A stretch of DNA of 64,000 nt from a virus. A program made the translations under genes and the position numbers. The notes beneath the pieces were generated by a model that saw nothing but the letters and a program-made list of their open reading frames with translations, did not search any database and had not been told where the DNA came from. The stretch is from positions 88,908-152,907 of the IMG/VR virus record IMGVR_UViG_3300045988_139474. One strand, given 5' to 3'. Below, in pieces: positions 9,645-19,208 of the stretch (positions are counted from its first letter, which is position 1; every line of letters begins with the position of its first letter).

Positions 9645-9803
9645 TTCTTTATTTAATATATAGTATAACTTGTGTTGTGTATATTGTATCACATCTATGA
9701 CATTGGAATTGGATATTTCGTGGATAAGTTATTATTTTCGCAAGGGAATTTTTAGCCAAAATCTTGGACTTATGTTCGAGATTCTGTCTAGGCCAGGATT
9801 CAG
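9645..9803 (+). repeat. R-element copy 3
   Basis: Anchor at 9687-9700; TATAAC box about 9664-9669; V1 GATAAGTTATTATTTTCGCAAGGG; V2 TGTCTAGGCCAGG. Confidence 0.9.
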
Positions 9804-9879
9804 ATTTCAACTCTTGTATCGCAGCCTCAAGTTTCATCAGTCAATGATTGATTTCAGGCTTCCAGCAGTCTGTTTTCAA

Positions 9880-9913
9880 CTCTAGCTTGCTCACACTCAC
9901 AACGCAAGCAGAC
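9880..9913 (+). repeat. CA-loop hairpin (H-box) copy
   Basis: CTCT-A-GCTTGC / loop TCACACTCACAAC / GCAAGC-AGAC. Confidence 0.75.
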
Positions 9914-10044
9914 GGTTTCTTGTTTTGATTTCAGGCTTCAGGCCGTCTGATTTCAAGGATTCCATGCTCATGGCTGATCGATAAGGATGAATGACTGCTC
10001 TCAAGTCTCAGGATTGATAGAAATGAAAGCAGGGTTGTTCTTTT

Positions 10045-10206
10045 TCGTCTATTAGTAATACTCTTGTGTGGTGTGTATATTGTGTATCACATCTATGAGT
10101 TTGGAATTGGCTATTTCGCGGATAAGCTTCTGATTCTCCAGCACTATTTTTCGCCAAAATCCTGTCTTTATGTTCGGAATCCTGTTCCCTACAAGATTCA
10201 TCTTCC
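10045..10206 (+). repeat. R-element copy 4
   Basis: Anchor at 10085-10098. Terminal hairpin 10177-10199 (GAATCCTGT / TCCCT / ACAAGATTC). Ends 32 nt before the portal start codon. Confidence 0.9.
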
Positions 10207-10237
10207 ATTAACCTGACATCTGCAAGGAATAAGCCCT

Positions 10238-11929
10238 ATGCACTTCAATGCCCGTGTGGACTCAGATGTAAGCGGCATCTTGTCCGCTACTATGAACAGC
10301 ATTATCAATCCCAAAGGCCATCTTGTGCATAACTTCAGCGTGCAGGATACTAGGGCTGCAAGGGATTTGAACTCAAAGCTGACTGCGTTTGCTACTACTC
10401 GCATTCAGTATTACAAGACACTCCGTCAATTCCGCCGTAATTGGGTGACTGAAGGCGTGTATGATACTATCAATAATGACGTGCTGTTGGATAACACCTC
10501 AGACGATACTGTTTCAGTCGAAGTAATAGGCGATGATGCCTTGACTCAAGAGGCCAATGACCTGTTTCGCAAACTGAAGATAGTTGAAATCTTACACTCC
10601 ATCATTGATGACCTGCTTCATTACGGTTCATACGCCCTCCGACCGATTGCCTACAAGGGTGTTGGTGTGGTTGACTTGGTTGACGATTATGAACCGCATC
10701 AAGTCATTGCTTTGACCGATAGCAAAAACAATCCAGTCATGTTCTTCATCTCAGATGATTATTTGTCTAGCGATTTCAGTCAAGCTGATGCTGCTGGTAC
10801 TTATGCTTATGTACCTCAGAGCAAGAAGCCTGTATCTCAGCGTTATCACTCAATTGATGAGTTGGTTTATTTCGGCCTTGACTTGAGCTTCACCAAAATC
10901 CATATCGAAGAGGATTGGACACAAGCTATCCGCCAAGCTGCCCCGTTGTCGGCTTTCCGCGCTACTCTGCCGAAAACCTTTAAGCTGCGTGCCAGCCGTT
11001 CCTTTATCTTCAACAATCTCGACAAGCTTCAGGACATCTTGCTGATGGACAAGCTTAACACCTACCGCTCCATTGGCGACACGTTGACTCCTAACGTGTT
11101 GGGTGTTCCGTTGCCGGACAACTATGACTCGCAACAATCTACTGAAGTGACTAAACACTATGATGCTCTGTTGAATAACAACATCGACCAAATGACCGAC
11201 TTCCTTGACCCTGAAACAATGTTCAGGGAATTAGCGAGAATTCGTGTTGTCCCGATAGTGGGTGACCGCTCGCAACCCGTCAAGTTAGAAACAAAAGAAA
11301 ATGAGAGAGTTGAAGACATCGAATCGAAGAATCAGGCCTTGCGCAATTTCCTAGATTCGATAGGCGTGCCTGCAGCCGTCTTTTTCGGCGAAGGCGAGCA
11401 TAAGGAAAGCTTGAAAAACTCAATCCGTTACGCCAAAAAAGTCAAGAGAATTCAGAAGAATATTTCACGCGCATTAACTCGCTTATTGATTATCCACTTT
11501 CAAAACCGTTATCCTGAGCTTTCGGGTAAACTGAATGAGGGTGATATCAGAGTTACACTGCGCAACAATACCAACCTTGATGAGCTTGAAGACTTGGAGT
11601 CACAAGACTTGACGCTATCCTCTATCAATTCAGCATTGGAGATGTTTGAAACTATCCGACCGCTGACGGAAGGTGAGGACAGCGAGTATAAGATTGACGA
11701 CAACATGATTCTGCAAGTAATCAAAGATAGGCTGGGCACCTCAGGCTCGATATTTGCACGCGCTTTGACTAAGCTCGAAGATGAGTCAATCACGCTTGAG
11801 ACTTCTGAAATCTCACCATCGAAGGATACACCTGGTGCAAACTATAAAGCAATTAAGAGGGCTATTGGAATCTCAGAAGGTCAGAAGCCTCCGAGAAAGC
11901 GGTGGTTCAGTCGCTTGTTTAACTCGTAG
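10238..11929 (+). CDS. putative portal protein
   Basis: 563 aa. First large gene after TerL and before the protease/scaffold and capsid genes, with RBS AAGGAA. Call rests on synteny and size only. Confidence 0.5.
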   Translation: MHFNARVDSDVSGILSATMNSIINPKGHLVHNFSVQDTRAARDLNSKLTAFATTRIQYYKTLRQFRRNWVTEGVYDTINNDVLLDNTSDDTVSVEVIGDDALTQEANDLFRKLKIVEILHSIIDDLLHYGSYALRPIAYKGVGVVDLVDDYEPHQVIALTDSKNNPVMFFISDDYLSSDFSQADAAGTYAYVPQSKKPVSQRYHSIDELVYFGLDLSFTKIHIEEDWTQAIRQAAPLSAFRATLPKTFKLRASRSFIFNNLDKLQDILLMDKLNTYRSIGDTLTPNVLGVPLPDNYDSQQSTEVTKHYDALLNNNIDQMTDFLDPETMFRELARIRVVPIVGDRSQPVKLETKENERVEDIESKNQALRNFLDSIGVPAAVFFGEGEHKESLKNSIRYAKKVKRIQKNISRALTRLLIIHFQNRYPELSGKLNEGDIRVTLRNNTNLDELEDLESQDLTLSSINSALEMFETIRPLTEGEDSEYKIDDNMILQVIKDRLGTSGSIFARALTKLEDESITLETSEISPSKDTPGANYKAIKRAIGISEGQKPPRKRWFSRLFNS

Positions 11930-12149
11930 CTATGCAGACAACAAACAAGCAACCTATACCGTCACCAATATCTCTTCTGAGTATCAAAAACGCAGAATCC
12001 GAGAGACCTTGAGGGAGACTTGCGGCCAATGCTCAATCCGTTCAATAGACGGCGGAATCGAATTCACCGTGCCGTTGAAAGTGAAATTGGGCGAGTTGGC
12101 TCAGGCCTTGCAGAATCTTGGACATGCCCTTGAACGGAAGCATAAATGA
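11781..12149 (+). CDS. possible small structural-module protein, start uncertain
   Basis: This frame fills the 217-nt gap after the portal stop and ends in an ATGA overlap with the next gene. Candidate starts are ATG 11781 and TTG 11865 (RBS AGAGG); both overlap the portal 3' end. Confidence 0.35.
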   Translation: MSQSRLRLLKSHHRRIHLVQTIKQLRGLLESQKVRSLRESGGSVACLTRSYADNKQATYTVTNISSEYQKRRIRETLRETCGQCSIRSIDGGIEFTVPLKVKLGELAQALQNLGHALERKHK

Positions 12150-13711
12150 CACCCAATACATTGCAAAGCATTTGGGAGAGCAAAACGGCTTACACAGTCA
12201 AAGAAACTGGGCCAGAAAGCGTTGTTGACGGCGTTAACATTCTGGCTCGTGTGTCTGGCCCAACTTTTTTCCCCGAAACAACAAGCAGAAATGGCGTGTA
12301 TTACACGCTTGAAGCTTGGCAAAATGCCTTGAGTGACCCAGAACTTCAACAACGGTTAGATAGCCGTCTGGTTCTGGGCACTTTCGGTCATGATATTGAA
12401 ATCACTGATGAAGAGGTGCGCAAAGGCTTGTTTTCTCATATCACAACCAAACTCTGGATTGAGGGCGGTGTAGGATATGCGGAACACCTAGTGTTAAACA
12501 CTGAGCCTGGCCGTAACTTAAACACTCTACTGCGCGCTGGAGCGCGAATCAGTACATCAACCAAAGCCAACGGTTTCTTGGCTGAATCTCAAACAGCTGA
12601 CGGTTACAGTATGGTTGAGCCAGAGGGCTTTACGCTCGAAAGGATTGACTTTGTACTTGACCCTGGCTATCTTGAGGCCAAGCCTGAACTGCTGGAATCT
12701 TTTTCATCCAAAGGTAAACAAAAAATGGACAAAACTCGCACTCCGATTGAAATCATGGAAGCACATGTGAGCGACTTGCGCGCACGTGGTGAGCTTTCCG
12801 ACAAACGCGCAACTGAGCTGCAAGAAGCCCTGAGCGCATCTCGTGTAGAAGTAGCTGAAGCTAAAGCAGCAATGAAGCTGTATGAAGCATTCGGCACTCC
12901 TGTTGAAATTCACGAAAAGCTGAAAAAACTCAGCGTGTACGAATCTATTGACGATGACCCAGAAGCCCTGGCCGACACCGTTGAAGCCGCAACCGAAACT
13001 ATTGAAGACCTGACCGACAAGCTGGATGCAGCTACTCAGGAACTGGAACACACTCAAGAAGCTTTGGGTGACGAAACTCCTGAAACCTACAAAGCCCTGT
13101 TGGCTGAAGCTGACGCTGCTGTCGAACAACTGGCTGCCTTCAAAGAAGTCGCTGACACCCCTGAACAAGTCAAAGAGTTGATGGACGCTGCTGCCCAAGC
13201 AGAAGAAAAACTGACTCAATACCAAGAGTTGGGCACCGTTGAAGAACTCGAAGAGTTGATTGACACCGCTGAGAAAGTACAAGAGCAATTGGAAGGCGAA
13301 GAAGTCGCTGATATTGCTGACGAAGTAGGCGTTGAGCCTGAAATCGTTGAATCTCTGCGTCGCAAAGGCATGAGCCTGAAAGAAGCCCGCAAACTGCTGG
13401 TTTCCATGAAAGAAAGCTTTGGCGAAGTAGAAGGCCTACCAGAAGATGATGACCCTTACCTCGACAACGAAGAAGAGCATCAAGACGGCGAAGATGGCAA
13501 CAACGAAGATGAAGACCGCTTCAGCGTTCAAGAATCCGTTGCACGCTTCAAACGTGGTCGTGGCCGCAAAGCCTTCACTGAGGCTAAAGTAAAAGCTAAC
13601 AAGAAATCTCCTGCTGCTAAAGGTAAAACCACATTGGCAGAAGCTTTGATTTCACGTAACCGTGCTGGCAACCGCAATGCTCGCACTAATGTTCGCAGCA
13701 CCCGCAAGTAA
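12146..13711 (+). CDS. prohead protease (T4 gp21-like) fused to an acidic coiled-coil scaffold-like domain
   Basis: The N-terminal ~185 aa carries SRNGVYY...LGTFGHD...EPGRNLNTLLRAGARISTST. This parallels T4 gp21 NRNKRLY...LGELNHP...GPGDKLAANIRAGWIPGVSS. Then comes ~270 aa of E/A/L-rich coiled coil and a basic tail. Confidence 0.6.
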   Translation: MTPNTLQSIWESKTAYTVKETGPESVVDGVNILARVSGPTFFPETTSRNGVYYTLEAWQNALSDPELQQRLDSRLVLGTFGHDIEITDEEVRKGLFSHITTKLWIEGGVGYAEHLVLNTEPGRNLNTLLRAGARISTSTKANGFLAESQTADGYSMVEPEGFTLERIDFVLDPGYLEAKPELLESFSSKGKQKMDKTRTPIEIMEAHVSDLRARGELSDKRATELQEALSASRVEVAEAKAAMKLYEAFGTPVEIHEKLKKLSVYESIDDDPEALADTVEAATETIEDLTDKLDAATQELEHTQEALGDETPETYKALLAEADAAVEQLAAFKEVADTPEQVKELMDAAAQAEEKLTQYQELGTVEELEELIDTAEKVQEQLEGEEVADIADEVGVEPEIVESLRRKGMSLKEARKLLVSMKESFGEVEGLPEDDDPYLDNEEEHQDGEDGNNEDEDRFSVQESVARFKRGRGRKAFTEAKVKANKKSPAAKGKTTLAEALISRNRAGNRNARTNVRSTRK

Positions 13712-13754
13712 TCGCTTGCCTGCACCGAGTAATTTCTAATCAAGGACACACCCA

Positions 13755-15176
13755 ATGAATCCTATGAAACAACAAGTATCTATCAACGAATCCAATGTGG
13801 ATCAAGTAGCAAGCCAATATGAACGCCGTTACGGCAACCTGTTTGAAGCCTATGTAGGCGGTTGTGCTCGTACAGCGATTGGCGAAAGCGTCAGCAACTT
13901 TGAATTGGCTGCCTTAGGCCGTCAATTGGACCAATTCCAACAATACCGCGCCTTTACTGAAGCCAACGCTTCTATCGGCTCGCTGGGCAAATTGCCTCAA
14001 GTCGCTTTGGACGTGATTACCGCAGCTGCCGCTGACTCTATCGTTCCTTTGCTGGCTTCTGTTCAACCAATGGCTGAAGAACACGGCATTGCTTACTTCC
14101 GCAACGTTGTTGCTGCTAACGCTGGTGGCGGTTATACTGCTGGCCAAGTAATCAGCGACCCTATGACCCGCGATAACCCAGGTGACGGCACCTTCGGTTC
14201 TGCCCGTCGCACTTCTGTAACTGACTTGGTTGACGGTCAAGCTGAATACGTTGTTCAACTGAACACCCAAGTCCGTCCTTATCAAACTGAAATCTTGGTT
14301 GATACCTATGGTATGGGTAAGGATGACGGTCAAGGCAATATCGCAGGCTTTGGTATCCAAGGCTCAGTAGATTATGCTACTGGTAAAGTGACTGTTAAAG
14401 TCCTGCAAACTGTAGCTGACGCTACTACTCAAAGCAAAAAATTGCGTGTAACCTACAACTTGGACGTTGACGCGCTCGAAGAAATCGACCGTATCCAATC
14501 AACCCTGTCCACTGTTGACGTGGTTGCTCAAATCACCGCCTTGTCTTCTGATATCGGCGCGTTCACCAACTTTGCGTTCACTCAACGCTTCGGCCGTTCT
14601 GCAACTGACGAAGTTGCTCAAGACTTGACCAATGAGTTGACTCGTCTGTTGAACACTCGTGCTGTTAAAGAGATTGCTGGTAGCTACAAACAAGTTGGTA
14701 CTCCACTGACTTGGTCAATTAAACCGCCATCTGGCGTATCTTATGCAGAGCACAAGTTGACTTTCGTGGACGCAATTGCTTCTGCTGAAGCTCAATTGCA
14801 TGCCGCTTCAGGCGTAAACGGTGCAAACCGCTACATCGTTGGTAATGGTGCAGCTGCTGTATTGCGCGGTATGCCTGACTTTGAAGTTGCTTCTGACGCA
14901 GCTACCACTTCTGTTGGTTTGTACGGTTACTATGACGGCATCCCTGTTATCCGCGCTACTGGCGTGGTAGCTGATGACGACATGTACTTCGTTGCCAACA
15001 GCGGTAACTACTTCAATGCACCTCTGGTGTACGCTCCTTACATGCCTTTGATGATCACTTCTACCATCCAAGACAGCCGCAACCCATTCCGCAGCCGTAC
15101 AGCTGCCGGTGAATGGTCTGCTATGAAAGCTGTTAACCCTAACTTGGTGACCAAGCTGACTATCACTCGCAACTAA
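13755..15176 (+). CDS. major capsid protein
   Basis: 473 aa, directly after the protease/scaffold gene, with a good RBS context, followed by a 12-bp stem terminator. Call is positional and compositional. Confidence 0.65.
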   Translation: MNPMKQQVSINESNVDQVASQYERRYGNLFEAYVGGCARTAIGESVSNFELAALGRQLDQFQQYRAFTEANASIGSLGKLPQVALDVITAAAADSIVPLLASVQPMAEEHGIAYFRNVVAANAGGGYTAGQVISDPMTRDNPGDGTFGSARRTSVTDLVDGQAEYVVQLNTQVRPYQTEILVDTYGMGKDDGQGNIAGFGIQGSVDYATGKVTVKVLQTVADATTQSKKLRVTYNLDVDALEEIDRIQSTLSTVDVVAQITALSSDIGAFTNFAFTQRFGRSATDEVAQDLTNELTRLLNTRAVKEIAGSYKQVGTPLTWSIKPPSGVSYAEHKLTFVDAIASAEAQLHAASGVNGANRYIVGNGAAAVLRGMPDFEVASDAATTSVGLYGYYDGIPVIRATGVVADDDMYFVANSGNYFNAPLVYAPYMPLMITSTIQDSRNPFRSRTAAGEWSAMKAVNPNLVTKLTITRN

Positions 15177-15183
15177 TGTAAGC

Positions 15184-15225
15184 AGCCGTCTGGACGAAGC
15201 CTCAAAAACTCCGTTCAGACGGCCT
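15184..15225 (+). terminator. hairpin built from an inverted pair of DUS-like sequences
   Basis: GCCGTCTGGACG ... CGTTCAGACGGC forms a 12-bp stem (one G-U pair). The right arm is an exact AG-DUS. The downstream T-tract is weak. Confidence 0.55.
15214..15225 (-). repeat. DNA uptake sequence, AG-DUS 12-mer AGGCCGTCTGAA
   Basis: Exact match read on the minus strand. Confidence 0.9.
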
Positions 15226-15253
15226 AACTTAAAACTTGTGGGAGAGTGTAAAC

Positions 15254-15769
15254 ATGGTGGAACTTAAAAACACCTCAAAAGCTGTGGTCATCTTCTATGG
15301 CTTACTTGCTAACGGTCAGGCTATCGTCTTTATGCCTGAACAAACATTAGAATTTGCTGAATCAGCACTCAGACTGAAATGGCAAAAATTCATTGCGAAG
15401 TGGAACTCAGACGTCCAAGTTACCAAAATTGACGGGGTTGAGCCTCCGAAAGCTCCTCAAGACCCGCCAAAACCTAAAACTCAAAAACCTGCTCACGCTA
15501 AACCAGCTGAAAACAAAGAAGGAACACCGGCAAGCCCTTTTCCAGCTAACCCTACAGCAACTGCAGGTTCTAGTGCTACAGGACAGCCTACATCGCCTGC
15601 AGCACCTGTAACTAATCCTACAACTCAACAACCTCCAGCAGCTAACCCAGCACCTACTACTCCTCCAAAAGAGGGAGGCGGTAAACCTGCTGCCGCAGAT
15701 TCCGCAGCTGCTAATGGCGGTGTGAGTGACGAAGGCTTGGCTGCCATCCTGAACGAATTGGGTGATTAA
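15254..15769 (+). CDS. small head-module protein, paralog A (folded N-domain plus P/A/T-rich tail)
   Basis: ATG at 15254 with RBS GGGAGAG. The N-terminal ~60 aa aligns with the 19209 protein (LKNxS...IFYGxL..G.A..F.P..TLEF.E..L...W). The tail is about 110 aa of PAPT-rich low complexity. Confidence 0.6.
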   Translation: MVELKNTSKAVVIFYGLLANGQAIVFMPEQTLEFAESALRLKWQKFIAKWNSDVQVTKIDGVEPPKAPQDPPKPKTQKPAHAKPAENKEGTPASPFPANPTATAGSSATGQPTSPAAPVTNPTTQQPPAANPAPTTPPKEGGGKPAAADSAAANGGVSDEGLAAILNELGD

Positions 15770-15771
15770 TT

Positions 15772-18700
15772 ATGGCCAAGCAACTGAACAACCTTGAAAA
15801 TGCGTTGCTTTCTATTGCCCGAAAGACTAAAGCAGCCAAAGATGTCGCTGCTGAAGCTAAAGAGTTAGCAGCACCTGCCAATATTGCAACCGCAGTCAAC
15901 GGTGCGCTGTCTGAAGTAGAAACAGCAGCCAAGATTGCGGCTTTACAAGCTGCGCATACAGCTGGTATGAAACTTGCTGTTGAGCGTGGCGTGTATTATC
16001 TCGAAGATGCGTTGACTGGCGATTTGCGCGAAAAAGTCTTGTCAGGCTATTTCAAAGACAACAAACAAACTCCTGACGAAGCAGCTGTAATCAGCCGTGC
16101 AATTACCGAGTTTATTGAACGCATCCCCAACGGCTCGTATATTACAGCCCGTCAAGGCTCAGTATTCAGTGTCGATAAGAACAAAGGCTACAAGCCTGAA
16201 GTTTTCGGCGCAGACGGTCGTGTCGTTAGTGTCGGCGGAATGAAGTTGACTATTGACGGCGCACAGCCTTGTATCTATATCCGAAATAAATCCAACTGTT
16301 ACTTTGATTTTCGTGGCGTTACATTCATCGTTGAGTCTTTTGGCGTCAACGTGTTTGAAATGGACGGTGGCGAAGGTAACATCATTACACACGGCGGTAT
16401 CATCCGATCACGCCGATACCTTGAGAAAGGCTATGTCGGCGGTCGTCAAGGCCTGTTTGCGCCTATCGATGGCTGGACTCCAGAAAATCCAGACATCGGT
16501 TACGGCTATGCCGACAAGGGCTTGTACGATTTAGGCTTTAACACCACAACATTGATGCATGACTTGGCTCGCTATCGTAACAATGCTGCTCAAGTACAGA
16601 ACGTCAAGAAACCTGTTGATTTGACTTGGGCTCAAGTCAAAGAATATGAACGTCAACAAAGCGTCAGAAAATATCTGAGTGTCGGTGGCTATTGGAATGA
16701 AGACGGTACCAAAAACCAATTCCCACAAGAAGATGGTACAGTGTCTGAAGAGTGGGGTACATGGGCTGGCGGCCAACGCGGTTCATCTGCTTGCGGTTGG
16801 GTATTCTATGATGTCCATCATCTGGTCGTCTGGGATTTTGATATCCGTGGCATGACTAGCTCCGCATTGCAATTTGGCTTGTATTCTACTCGTGACTGTC
16901 GCGCAGTAGATGGTGGCGACATCGCAACGGCTATCCGAGAGAAAATGGTTTGCTATGACTGCAAAGTCTATGGCGGATTCATGGATGCTAACTATATTGG
17001 CGGCATCGGTGTTGTACGCGGTGTTGGTATTACGATTGAGGGCATGAATTGTATCGAAGGTCGTGTTGGTCACCCTGACGCTTCTTTAGGACACTCACGC
17101 GACAATAGCCAAGTAACTGTTGACCCAGGCTATTGGCTATGGACTAGTCGTTATCTGCCTCAAATTGGTATCCGTTTCCTGAATAACCATTTCGGCTTCG
17201 CAGCACGCAAAGTTTGTGATGCTCATACTGGTAATAACATCCAAATTATCGGTAACAGTGGTTCGTGCTTGTACTATGGTACAGGCGTGGTGATTGAAGA
17301 ATCCTTTGCAATGGACGCAACCAAAGGCGGTCGGGCAGAGGACACCAGCTTCAAATACCAAGAGTCAAACATCGTCATCAAGGATAATGAGTTTGAATGC
17401 GGTTTGAACGGTATCTTCCTGATTAATGGCGCAACAGGCGTAAAAGCCCGCAGAGACAAGAAACTCTGGTGGCTGCGCGCAAACGTTACAGTTGAGAACA
17501 ACCGTATTTATGCCCCACGCGGTATGCCTTGTAACTTCGGTCATAACCGATTTACAATTCAAGGCAACAGTTGTACCTTCGCATTGCCTTTTGGCGAGCC
17601 TTTCGGCTTACGCTATCTGAGCGCAATCAATATCAAGAAGGGTGGTCAAAACTACAGCCCTGATACCAAGCTTGTTATTACAGGCGGTGGCGAAGGCGCA
17701 CGCGGTGCAGCTGCTACTTGTACTGTTACCAACGGCGTGATTACAGCAGTTAGAATTACCGCAACAGGCACGAAGTATGCTGACGCAAGCTCCATTTCTG
17801 TTCAAGCTGTTGACCCGACAGGTCAAGGCTCAGGCGCAGAGTTTGAAGCGTTCTGTAACTCTTCTTCTTACGCCTACATGATTGGGGCAGAGGCTCGCTA
17901 TGGTACCATTGACGCTTCTTACATCGTCAACAACATGGCTCGCAACTCACAATACGGTAACTATGACCGCATGTTCTTGTCTGCTAACCTGACAGGCTGT
18001 ACTGTACGCGATAACCGACTGGACACCACACCTTACACTAAAGGTGCTAATCCAGCCCTGCCGTACACTTCTGACCGCGATTACGTTCACCGCTCAGGCG
18101 TTGCTAGTCAAGGCTTCTACCAAACTGGTACTCACACTGACTGCTTCCATGAAAACAACAAAACATGGGATCAACGGTCAGGCGCGTGGACTGACTTTGT
18201 TTTCCGCAACGTAACGACTGCTAACGGTACAGCTGAAGCCAATGCCAAAGTATCCAAGACTGATATTCAAGCCTTGATTGATTCAGCCGTCGCAGCTGCT
18301 ATCTCTAAATTGAATATCGGCAAGGCCGAAACAGCTAAACCAGCTGACCCTAAACCTGCCGATGCTCCAAAAGCGAATGAAGGCGGTCAGCCTGCTTCAC
18401 CTCAACCAACTACTGAAACTCAACCGCCTGCTGCGTCTAGCGAGCCTCCGAAAGCCGCAGAGACTACAGCAGAAGCTTCTCCAGCACCAGCGTCACCTCC
18501 AACTGAGGCTGCTACTACAGCTGAAACGTCTATCAAGTTTACATTTGACGGGCTGGAAGCTAAGGCACCTGAAGCGATTGGTAGCAACGGTACAGCCAAG
18601 CTGAAATCCGTGAATAACGCTATCCGCGCAGGTGAACCAGAAGGCTGGGCAGGAGCATTCGGCGAAGTTGATGGTCATAAGACTATGCGCGCATTAGTAG

Positions 18701-19164
18701 CTGGCGAAGGCAAGGGCATCCGATACATTGAATCAGAAGGCTTGACTTCAGATGGTTCTGCTGCTTCTGCGTTGATTGTTCCGTTCAAGCAAGTTGCTGG
18801 TGGAGCTAACGGTGCTGGCTTCTCTGTAATTCATCAGAAAGGCCGTAGCATTATTGGTAATGGCTTGATCACTACCAACGAAGCAGACGGATTCAAACTG
18901 CGATTTGCAGAGGGTACAACCATTAACGGTAAGCCAATCTCAGCAACCAAAGTCTATCCTTACGACACATGGCACGTTGCTATGATTCCTGTACCTGCTG
19001 GCGCAGACAAAGCCTTCGACATGATCAGATTTGGTATGAACCATGCTGGTAACGTAGGCCGTAACATCATTATCGGTGCAGGCACTGAATTTGTACAAGG
19101 CGACATCAGCAAAGTTGGCGATAAAGTCGCTGCTTTGATGACTGAGTACAATATCAGCAACTAA
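15772..19164 (+). CDS. 1130-aa beta-helix (pectate-lyase-fold-like) protein in the head module, possible capsid fibre or depolymerase
   Basis: Repeated parallel beta-helix type turns (NNHFGF..., IQIIGNSGS, IVIKDNEFECGLNGIFLINGATG, VENNRIYAPRG, TIQGNSCTF). Also a GGxNYSPDTKLVITGGGEGARGAAA repeat, a PT/A-rich linker near 18330-18520, and a C-terminal globular domain. Confidence 0.5.
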   Translation: MAKQLNNLENALLSIARKTKAAKDVAAEAKELAAPANIATAVNGALSEVETAAKIAALQAAHTAGMKLAVERGVYYLEDALTGDLREKVLSGYFKDNKQTPDEAAVISRAITEFIERIPNGSYITARQGSVFSVDKNKGYKPEVFGADGRVVSVGGMKLTIDGAQPCIYIRNKSNCYFDFRGVTFIVESFGVNVFEMDGGEGNIITHGGIIRSRRYLEKGYVGGRQGLFAPIDGWTPENPDIGYGYADKGLYDLGFNTTTLMHDLARYRNNAAQVQNVKKPVDLTWAQVKEYERQQSVRKYLSVGGYWNEDGTKNQFPQEDGTVSEEWGTWAGGQRGSSACGWVFYDVHHLVVWDFDIRGMTSSALQFGLYSTRDCRAVDGGDIATAIREKMVCYDCKVYGGFMDANYIGGIGVVRGVGITIEGMNCIEGRVGHPDASLGHSRDNSQVTVDPGYWLWTSRYLPQIGIRFLNNHFGFAARKVCDAHTGNNIQIIGNSGSCLYYGTGVVIEESFAMDATKGGRAEDTSFKYQESNIVIKDNEFECGLNGIFLINGATGVKARRDKKLWWLRANVTVENNRIYAPRGMPCNFGHNRFTIQGNSCTFALPFGEPFGLRYLSAINIKKGGQNYSPDTKLVITGGGEGARGAAATCTVTNGVITAVRITATGTKYADASSISVQAVDPTGQGSGAEFEAFCNSSSYAYMIGAEARYGTIDASYIVNNMARNSQYGNYDRMFLSANLTGCTVRDNRLDTTPYTKGANPALPYTSDRDYVHRSGVASQGFYQTGTHTDCFHENNKTWDQRSGAWTDFVFRNVTTANGTAEANAKVSKTDIQALIDSAVAAAISKLNIGKAETAKPADPKPADAPKANEGGQPASPQPTTETQPPAASSEPPKAAETTAEASPAPASPPTEAATTAETSIKFTFDGLEAKAPEAIGSNGTAKLKSVNNAIRAGEPEGWAGAFGEVDGHKTMRALVAGEGKGIRYIESEGLTSDGSAASALIVPFKQVAGGANGAGFSVIHQKGRSIIGNGLITTNEADGFKLRFAEGTTINGKPISATKVYPYDTWHVAMIPVPAGADKAFDMIRFGMNHAGNVGRNIIIGAGTEFVQGDISKVGDKVAALMTEYNISN

Positions 19165-19166
19165 CA

Positions 19167-19178
19167 AGGCCGTCTGAA
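19167..19178 (+). repeat. DNA uptake sequence, AG-DUS 12-mer
   Basis: Exact AGGCCGTCTGAA, 3 nt after the stop of the 1130-aa gene. Confidence 0.9.
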
Positions 19179-19208
19179 CCGCTACAATCCTTATGAAAGA
19201 GGTAACCA

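Larger units (their letters stand above)
9344..10237. repeat. coding-free region between TerL and portal carrying repeat modules 3 and 4
   Basis: 0.9 kb. Only 60-71-aa ORFs, which lie across the repeats. Also holds a local direct repeat CTTGATTCTTSCTYTCGGGATTC x2 at about 9547-9600. Confidence 0.85.

Noticed and set aside
9717-9728. DnaA-box-like sequence: CGTGGATAAG is the reverse complement of CTTATCCACG, 8 of 9 to TTATCCACA, suggesting origins of replication.
   Set aside because: It is present in only about six copies. Copies 1 and 10 have GTGACTAAC, 6 and 8 have GTTGGTAAG, and 4 and 11 have GCGGATAAG. It is a single box per element rather than a cluster. Eleven dispersed origins are implausible.
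9649-9837. Small ORFs in the track that lie across R-elements: 9649-9837(-), 9670-9885(+), 10008-10208(-), 25675-25878(-), 33380-33655(-), 33477-33707(+), 41034-41243(-), 60627-60824(-) and 61643-61849(+). Some show similar peptides, for example ...HK.KILAKNS...YPRNI.FQCHRCDT.YT.
   Set aside because: The peptide similarity only mirrors the nucleotide conservation. Starts, stops and even the reading frame differ between copies (copy 5 reads in another frame). There is no RBS, and six of the 11 copies (1, 2, 8-11) have no comparable minus-strand ORF. They are treated as non-coding.
12704-13288. Long antisense or out-of-frame ORFs inside confident genes: 12704-13288(-), 24101-24697(-), 26576-27145(-), 8068-8631(-), 19250-19705(-), 47091-47564(-), 13914-14360(-) and 28159-28596(-).
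   Set aside because: These are shadow ORFs. They have low-complexity or Cys/Ser/Leu-biased translations and no RBS. They are fully nested in genes whose products carry recognisable motifs, within a tightly coupled unidirectional operon.
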